Assembly (NCBI GenBank): GCA_002269645.1
Contig: NIVC01002503.1
Location: 102,728 to 166,727 of the forward strand
Reading direction: 5' to 3'
Origin: Macrostomum lignano
Lineage: Eukaryota
Length of the DNA stretch: 64,000 bases
A program made the translations under genes and the position numbers. Shown one piece after another: positions 59,226-64,000 of this stretch. Position 1 is the first letter of the stretch; every line of letters begins with the position of its first letter. The notes beneath the pieces are model-generated. The model did not search any database, was not told the origin of the DNA, and was given only the letters and a program-made list of their open reading frames with translations.

Positions 59226-61671
59226 TGCGGCTGCGGGGCGGCAACTGCTGGGGTGTCAGCGGCCGAGGTGGTTGACCAGGGGCGTCTGCGCACACAGCTT
59301 CTACGACCCTATCTCACGCGCCCGTGACATGTGAATGCCGGATAGCTGGGGAGTACCACCACCGGGAAGGAAAAGAAAAGAAAACCGGGGCAACTACAGG
59401 TAAAGACCGAAAAGTTGATCCGAAACACACCAACACACTCACACACACACAAACACAGACAAAACCCACACACTTGCGGCGTCGAAGAAAACAAATTGAA
59501 AAACGGTGGCTCCACATAATTCCATTTAGGCAGTCCTAACGGCTTCACTCGGCAAAGCACACTGACTCAAACTGCGGCTACCACTACCAGTTGTCTATGG
59601 CACATCCTGACAGGGAAAAATTGGCTATTCAGAGAGACTTGACCTTCATTTTGCGGCCATGCTAGGGAACCCAGATGCCGACCGTAAACGGACTTACGGC
59701 ACCTGTACAAATTCTCCCCTAGGGTTGCGCGCCGGACCCCATTTCCTTAAGAAAGCTACTACGAAGAAGCGTTGGCGCCTGGACCCAAAAACCCAAGTGG
59801 CGGGAGCAATCCCCATGGAGGTCCTCCCACTTTACTGCCCTTGCACAGCCGGAAAACCGTCGGAGTCCAGTGGGGCTTCCACCTCAGGACTACCAATCTT
59901 GTACACGCAGCTTCACAAAAGGCGGAATCCAGCTCCCCTACGTCTAGCAGAATCCACAAAAACCAAGACTCCCCCTTCTGTTCAGAGCGAAGGCGGCGCA
60001 GCGGGAGTCCAGACTAAACTGTCCCCGAAGTTTTCAGGTTAGGCGGATTACAAGCCTGAAACTCTCGCCCGCTTTCCTAGGATAAACAGACCTAAGTGAG
60101 TATCTTCCTGAAATGCTTGCCCCTCCGATACTCCACCTTTGCTGCAGCTCGAAATAGCATACTTGGGACCTTTATCTGATGCGGAGAAAGTCCTACAGTT
60201 GTCAGCCTCTCCACTTTACTGTACTTGAACGCCCGGTTCTACCAGGAGACAGCGTACCTCCATCTAGGTTATTCCAAGTTGCCAGAGACGTCAACCCGTC
60301 TTATTGACCTTGCGGGGCACTGGGGTGGCACTCTATGTACCGGGGCTTTACATTAGGGGACTGCATGCAACCCTGCGTCTAAGCGCTTAGTGGGCTGCAG
60401 TGGCCAGAGGGGAAAAGAGTTGCGCAATAGCGCCTTCCTGGGCCAGGCTGACAAGTCGGGCAGGAGCGCCGTTCTACCGGGTCGGGCTGATTGGCACACC
60501 CACCTCCCCTATCAGACTGACAGCAGGGGGAGGAATTACTAAAGGAGGAGAATGCAGCAGGAAACATTACGAGATCACTGGGGCCACCAGACTTCCAGTA
60601 CACCATTCCAATACTCACTGAACTCCACTATCAATAGGATACTATGGGATCTACTATTTCCAGCCACTGCACCAGCCCAAATGCAACCAAAGCAGTTACT
60701 ACGGTCTGCAATACAGTGGGGAGAGTCAGCAGACACGTTGGGATCGAATCCCAGCCATGAAGGCACCAGGGGTTACCGCAGAATTCAGGTCCGGGCTGAT
60801 CGCAGGTATTCCATAGGAGGTGACACTTTTTTTAGCCCGAGATTTTTGAGTCACACTGATACCCTACAGAGATACAATCACACCGCTATTCCCATTCCTG
60901 CGAGACTTTGGTATCCCCAATGTTTCCAAGGCCATGACTACTGCTTCCCTTACTATGCATATATAGCGAGTTCCCCATAGCCCTTGATAGCTGTTCATTC
61001 TAATGGACAAACAAAACACGCTCCGGTCTCTACGCATTTCTAGGATTAACTGAGCGATCAGGGAGAGCGACTGTTACACTCCCCCGAGTAAAAGAAAGAG
61101 GTAGGACAAAGGAAAGAAATGCTTCGCTTCCAGCTTCCCTGTGCTTGCGTGATGAGGCTTCCGTACCTGGCTGGCTGTCCACCTCAACACTCACACAGTT
61201 CTGCTGTAGGCTAGGCGAGAGAAAGAAAGGGAGGGGAAATAAAGCATATTACCATGAAATAGAAAGTGAGTCCGGAAAATTCACTTTCGCAGTTCTTCAC
61301 ACACTCCGTTACCAGGTAGCTATTCTGATTGTAATCAAATCCGCTCGTCTACCACTTCACACTTTCTAGCGCTGAAACTGATCGGCTAAATTAATTTTAA
61401 ATTGAATCAGGGGCTTTTGGCGAATGAATGAATTTGGAAATTTCGAATGAATTGAACGAATTCGCAGCCCGAAAAATTTGAAAAGTTACATTAATATTTT
61501 TGGATTTTGTTGCCTCACGCCATGGGAGAAGAGAATGACGATTGGCGATTTTTACGATTGGTAGATTTAGACATGGCACTCTTTGCGCTTCGGCCACCAT
61601 TCTGAGGGATGCCACAGGTGCGCTTGTCACATCTAAACCACCAGTCCGAAACTCAGCGCTGTTTGCACCAG

Positions 61672-61689
61672 ATCCCACCGCTGCCACCA
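61672..61689 (-). promoter_or_regulatory. Primer-binding site, tRNA-Leu
   Basis: The plus strand reads ATCCCACCGCTGCCACCA, the 3' end of the recalled tRNA-Leu(AAG/UAG) including CCA. Confidence 0.85.
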
Positions 61690-61692
61690 TTT

Positions 61693-64000
61693 TGATGTAA
61701 CCGCCCTTGTCGCCTGTCCGCTCCGTAGAGAGACGAACGCATGGCTAGAGGGGGCAATGACCGTAGGCTGCCTATGACCGGGCAATGACCTGACGGACCT
61801 CCAGCACCAGACTGTCCCGCCCACATGATTAGTAGCTTTGGTAGCGCTTCGTGACCAGAGGGCCAAGGACCCACATGGACCCCACCTGTAGCCAAGGTGC
61901 AATAGTTGGTCACTCGGTCATGGTATGACCGAGTGGCTGCCACCACTCTATGTGACCTGGCGCACCTGGATCTTTCTACCAGACCTCTCGAGGCTAGAGC
62001 CCCGCCTGGATTGGTTACCAGGGGATTTAGGCTAACAGGGGAGACGCATGCAGCCGAGTACAGGGACTCTGCTTGGGGCATGATCGGGAACTCTGGGCTC
62101 AATCCTGGAGGATTTCTCAGCAGGGGATCCTTTGTGGCTGTGAGCGAGGCTGACTTGCGACTTTGATTACTAAGAGTAGTATGAGGCGAACATGTACTGT
62201 CTACAGTTTAGATTGCTCAGGGCGAAGGGACGCGTTAGCATGGGGTTGCAACCTTCCTACTGCCATTCTGTGCCAAGACTCGCTAATCCCTCTACTGCAC
62301 GCACACGCGGCCCCGCAGCACGCACTCACAGGCGGGCTTTGCACGGGGAGAGGCCATTAGCTTACCCAAACTTCCTTATGCTTTGCCACCCCGGGAGAAA
62401 GGCTTAGCAAGCCATGAGTGAAATGATGGTGAAAGATTGAATAATGATGAAGTTAGTTAATAGTTAATAATTAGGCCCTTAGGCAAATAAGCAGGCAATT
62501 AGGCGGCTTCACTATTGAGTAAAATACAGCAAAAGATACGGTATCACAATTGGCTCAGCTCTCTAATCAGACAATGGAAAATAGGCAAACCCCGGATAAG
62601 CAAAGGCAATTAGAGCACAAATTAGTAGCAGGAACTTACCGGCAGCTGCACAGAGAGAGAGAGAGGCGGAGTGACCGAGGGCGGCTGTAGGCTGCAGTCA
62701 GGCAGACGGTGAAGCGGCGATGCGCTGGAGCGACGAGGCGCTGATGTAGATCAGGCGATGCTGATGATGCTGGGCGGTATCAGACCGCTGGCCGATAGGC
62801 GAGCTCACTTGGGGAGCTAAGGATAACTTGGCGGTAACAGACCGCGGACCGGCAGGGATTCGTCTTATAGACGAATGGGTCAGAACTCAATCTGACAGCA
62901 AGTCCAAAGAAGGACGAGGAGAGGAACAGAGATAAACTCAGTTGAGTATTCTCATGCCGAAATCGCTTCCTTTTATAGACCTCACAGCCGCCTCCTCAAG
63001 GTCGTTACCATGGCTCCCTCTCTCTGATTGGCTGCCGGCAGAATGACGTCAGAATGAGTCATGATGAGAAGCATGAGACCGGCATAGCAACATGAGAAAT
63101 CGGGAAATTGCGCAATCCGGAGGTGGGGTGGGGATAATTGGCGCAGCGGGTGGTCGCGAAAGTGTTGCGCAAGCAAACATTGAGAACAATAGGGCTGGGG
63201 TCGAGAACAAAGGAATTGGAAATCGGGATAATTGGGGAAAACTGAGAACAATGGAAAAGTAAACATTGGAGAAAAGGTGATAATTAGGTGCGAAAACGAG
63301 AACAAAAGAAAGAGAAAATCGGAGAAAATGTGATAATTGGTGGGGGTCGAGAGAACAAAAGAAGCAAAAACGAGAACAATAGAAGCGGAGGTGGGGTGGG
63401 TGTCACATGAGAAATTTGGGAAGGAGAACAATAGCTGAGAAAAGGTTGCGCAAGAGGGGGATGAGTCATCGATGAGTCATCGGGGGGAGAAGGGGTCACA
63501 CGACTTGCGTCACCGTTTGGGAGTTTGAGGGGATGGGGAGACGGTGAGCACACAAAGTACTGTAAGTAGACACAGGGAAAGGAGGGGACAGCGCAGGAAA
63601 AAAGTGCAGAGAGAGAAAAAAGGGGGGAAAGAGAAAGTACAGGAAGAATAGGGCGGAACAGAAGAGATAGGGTAGAGGGGGAGGTACAGAAAGGGGTAGG
63701 GGCTCCGGAAAGGCAGGTGTGGCGGCAGGAGAGACGGGACCAAGGCAGCAGGAGGGGTGCAGCAGAGCGGGAGTCTCCAGGCCCGGTCGGAGACCTGGCC
63801 GAGTCTCGACAGCTCTGTGCAGAGGGTGCACGGGATAGGAGGCACTTTCGAAAAAGTTCCATGCCCTATCCCGCGACCAGAGCGTGGTTACATCACACCC
63901 CCACTGCCTTTTGTGACGGAACTGGTTCCGTCATCATCACTGCCCAACATGGAACCACACAGACGGGAGCGGGATCTCAACCGAACGTGAAATCACAGAA
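61693..64000 (-). repeat. 5' LTR of element A (truncated by the window end)
   Basis: Repeat of 42281-44602. Confidence 0.85.

Larger units (their letters stand above)
42281..64000 (-). mobile_element. Large LTR element A (Gag+protease only), interrupted by element B and running off the window
   Basis: Direct repeat starting TGATGTAACC at 42281 and 61693, shared for at least 2.3 kb. tRNA-Leu PBS at 61672-61689, 3 nt from the LTR. Gag and PR ORFs on the minus strand. The TSD cannot be tested because the right end is outside the window. Confidence 0.8.

Noticed and set aside
62980-64000. Homopolymer-length differences between the A LTRs as a measure of age
   Set aside because: The right copy is usually shorter in homopolymer runs, a pattern typical of long-read consensus error. 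Only substitutions were considered informative.

Overview
Eukaryotic (animal) genomic DNA with GT-AG introns, very long micro/minisatellites and GC-rich poly-Q/P coding exons. The repeat style resembles the flatworm Macrostomum, but this is an unverified impression. Host genes (all minus strand): an intronless prominin-like 5-TM protein (13668-16484), a 2-exon proline-rich unknown gene (24945-26691) and a ZNF598/Hel2-like RQC E3 ligase (30475-37971). Mobile DNA: a young Mag-type Ty3/gypsy element with identical LTRs (988-5279); a MITE family with CATACATGCGCAAC termini and 8-bp TSDs; a mini-Merlin remnant; and a nested LTR pair. In that pair, element A (minus strand, LTR >=2.3 kb, Gag+protease only, from 42281 past the window end) hosts the intact element B (45320-55673). 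Element B is the best candidate for something undescribed. Its Pol frame begins with a cold-shock (UNR/Lin28-type OB-fold) domain that the ORF track truncates, and its 2.1-kb 3' UTR holds four antisense Tudor-domain fragments between two hairpin arrays. All alignments, translations and counts were done by eye with no database search, so novelty claims are provisional. Several 1-nt frameshifts could be assembly indels.
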